Below are positions 31,308-32,000 of a stretch of 32,000 nucleotides of DNA, in pieces. The stretch's first letter is position 1; every line of letters starts with the position of its first letter. A program made the position numbers and the translations under genes. The DNA is from Geobacter sulfurreducens PCA (GTDB taxonomy: Bacteria; Desulfobacterota; Desulfuromonadia; Geobacterales; Geobacteraceae): assembly GCF_000007985.2 (NCBI RefSeq), contig NC_002939.5, forward strand, positions 2,820,001 to 2,852,000, written 5' to 3'. The notes beneath the pieces were generated by a model. It was not told the DNA's origin. It did no database searches and saw only the letters and a list, made by a program, of their open reading frames with translations.

Positions 31308-32000
31308 ATGCAAACGTTTGATGTTGTTGTTATCGGCGGCGGTCCCGGAGGCATGACCGCAGGGATGATGCTGAAGCAGGCTGGCAAATCGGTCGCGATC
31401 ATCCAGGAAAATCACGACAGTTTCGGCGGGGTCTGTCTCAACCGTGGCTGCATGCCGACCAAATCCATGCTAAAAGCGGCCAAGGTCTATCGCGATGCCC
31501 AAAACAGCGAGAAATACGGCCTGGACCTATCCGTGAACCCTGTCGATTTAACACGCCTGCGCGCCGTTGCCGACGCAGATCTGAACATGCTGCGTCATAT
31601 GGTCCAGGGAAAACTGACCGATGCGCGCATTGCCGTCTTCCGCGGCAAAGGCTCTTTCCTGTCCGAACATGAGCTACAGATCTGCCAAGCAGATGGCAGT
31701 TCCGAACAAATCCGCGGCGAAAAAATTATCATTGCGACCGGTTCGGTCCCCGCCGAACTTCCCTGTGCCCCCTTTGATGGGCACTCCATCCTCTCCAGTG
31801 ACCAGATTCTGAAAAACACGGATCTCCCGCACAAGCTGCTGATTATCGGCGGCGGGGCGATAGGCTGCGAGTTTGCAACCCTGTACAACACCTTCGGCAG
31901 CAGAGTTACCTTGGTTGAAGCCATGGATAGCCTGCTGCCACGGGAAGACAAGGAAGCCGGGAAAACGCTGCAGTCCACCTTTGAACAGCAGGGCATCACG
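31308..32000 (+). CDS. class I pyridine nucleotide-disulfide oxidoreductase (dihydrolipoyl dehydrogenase-like), 3' end outside window
   Basis: Not in the ORF track because there is no stop in the window. ATG at 31308 lies 7 nt after CAGGAG. DVVVIGGGPGG FAD fold, redox-active GGVCLNRGCMPTK, second Rossmann LLIIGGGAIGCEFA. Open to base 32000. Confidence 0.85.
   Translation, partial: MQTFDVVVIGGGPGGMTAGMMLKQAGKSVAIIQENHDSFGGVCLNRGCMPTKSMLKAAKVYRDAQNSEKYGLDLSVNPVDLTRLRAVADADLNMLRHMVQGKLTDARIAVFRGKGSFLSEHELQICQADGSSEQIRGEKIIIATGSVPAELPCAPFDGHSILSSDQILKNTDLPHKLLIIGGGAIGCEFATLYNTFGSRVTLVEAMDSLLPREDKEAGKTLQSTFEQQGIT

Noticed and set aside
1-32000. Scan for tRNA, rRNA, CRISPR arrays, IS elements, transposases, integrases and classic defence or toxin-antitoxin genes.
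   Set aside because: I found no cloverleaf-like or rRNA-like sequence and no regularly spaced direct repeats. No DDE, tyrosine-recombinase or serine-recombinase motifs appear in any convincing ORF. The patatin protein carries an export signal, so it does not look like a CBASS-type cytoplasmic effector.

Overview
High-GC (about 65-70% for most of the window, falling to about 52-58% after ~28.6 kb) bacterial chromosomal segment. The proteins look Geobacter/Desulfuromonadales-like; that taxonomic call is an inference from protein style only. I support 32 protein-coding genes and found no rRNA, tRNA, CRISPR array or transposase.

Gene order:
- 2-1646: partial ArnD-like deacetylase, an RMD1/DUF155 protein and a small zinc-ribbon ORF.
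- 1746-5260, minus strand: a polyphosphate-themed operon, sixA / HhH coiled-coil protein / CHAD / ppx.
- 5448-9720, plus strand: a YkgJ-type CxxCxxCC protein, then a 425-aa unknown protein translationally coupled to a sensor-less histidine kinase, then a paralogous Cache-HAMP kinase.
- 9870-14554, minus strand: a sulfur-relay operon, cysE / Rrf2 (IscR-like) / nifS-type desulfurase / mnmA / mtaB.
- 14705-22482, minus strand: an eight-gene string made of a small Nif11/NHLP-like protein, MCP, CheW, a 111-aa ORF, HDOD, a GAF hybrid kinase with HPt, REC-HD-GYP and DUF2019. It starts at a sigma-54 promoter, ends at an intrinsic terminator, and contains no CheA.
- 22685-24055: a REC-AAA+-Fis sigma-54 enhancer-binding protein (bEBP), flanked on both sides by sigma-54 promoters of similar layout.
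- 24283-32000, accessory-looking block: a sigma-54-driven secreted 387-aa unknown protein, a YcaC-like hydrolase, a patatin/cPLA2-like lipoprotein overlapped by a Cys-rich 78-aa ORF, a lower-GC secreted 582-aa protein with an InlB-B-repeat-like C-terminus, and a divergent MarR plus flavoprotein disulfide reductase pair.

The most interesting candidate system is the CheA-less MCP-CheW / HDOD / hybrid kinase / HD-GYP operon together with its sigma-54 regulatory architecture.

All family assignments rest on motif recognition by eye. No database search was run.
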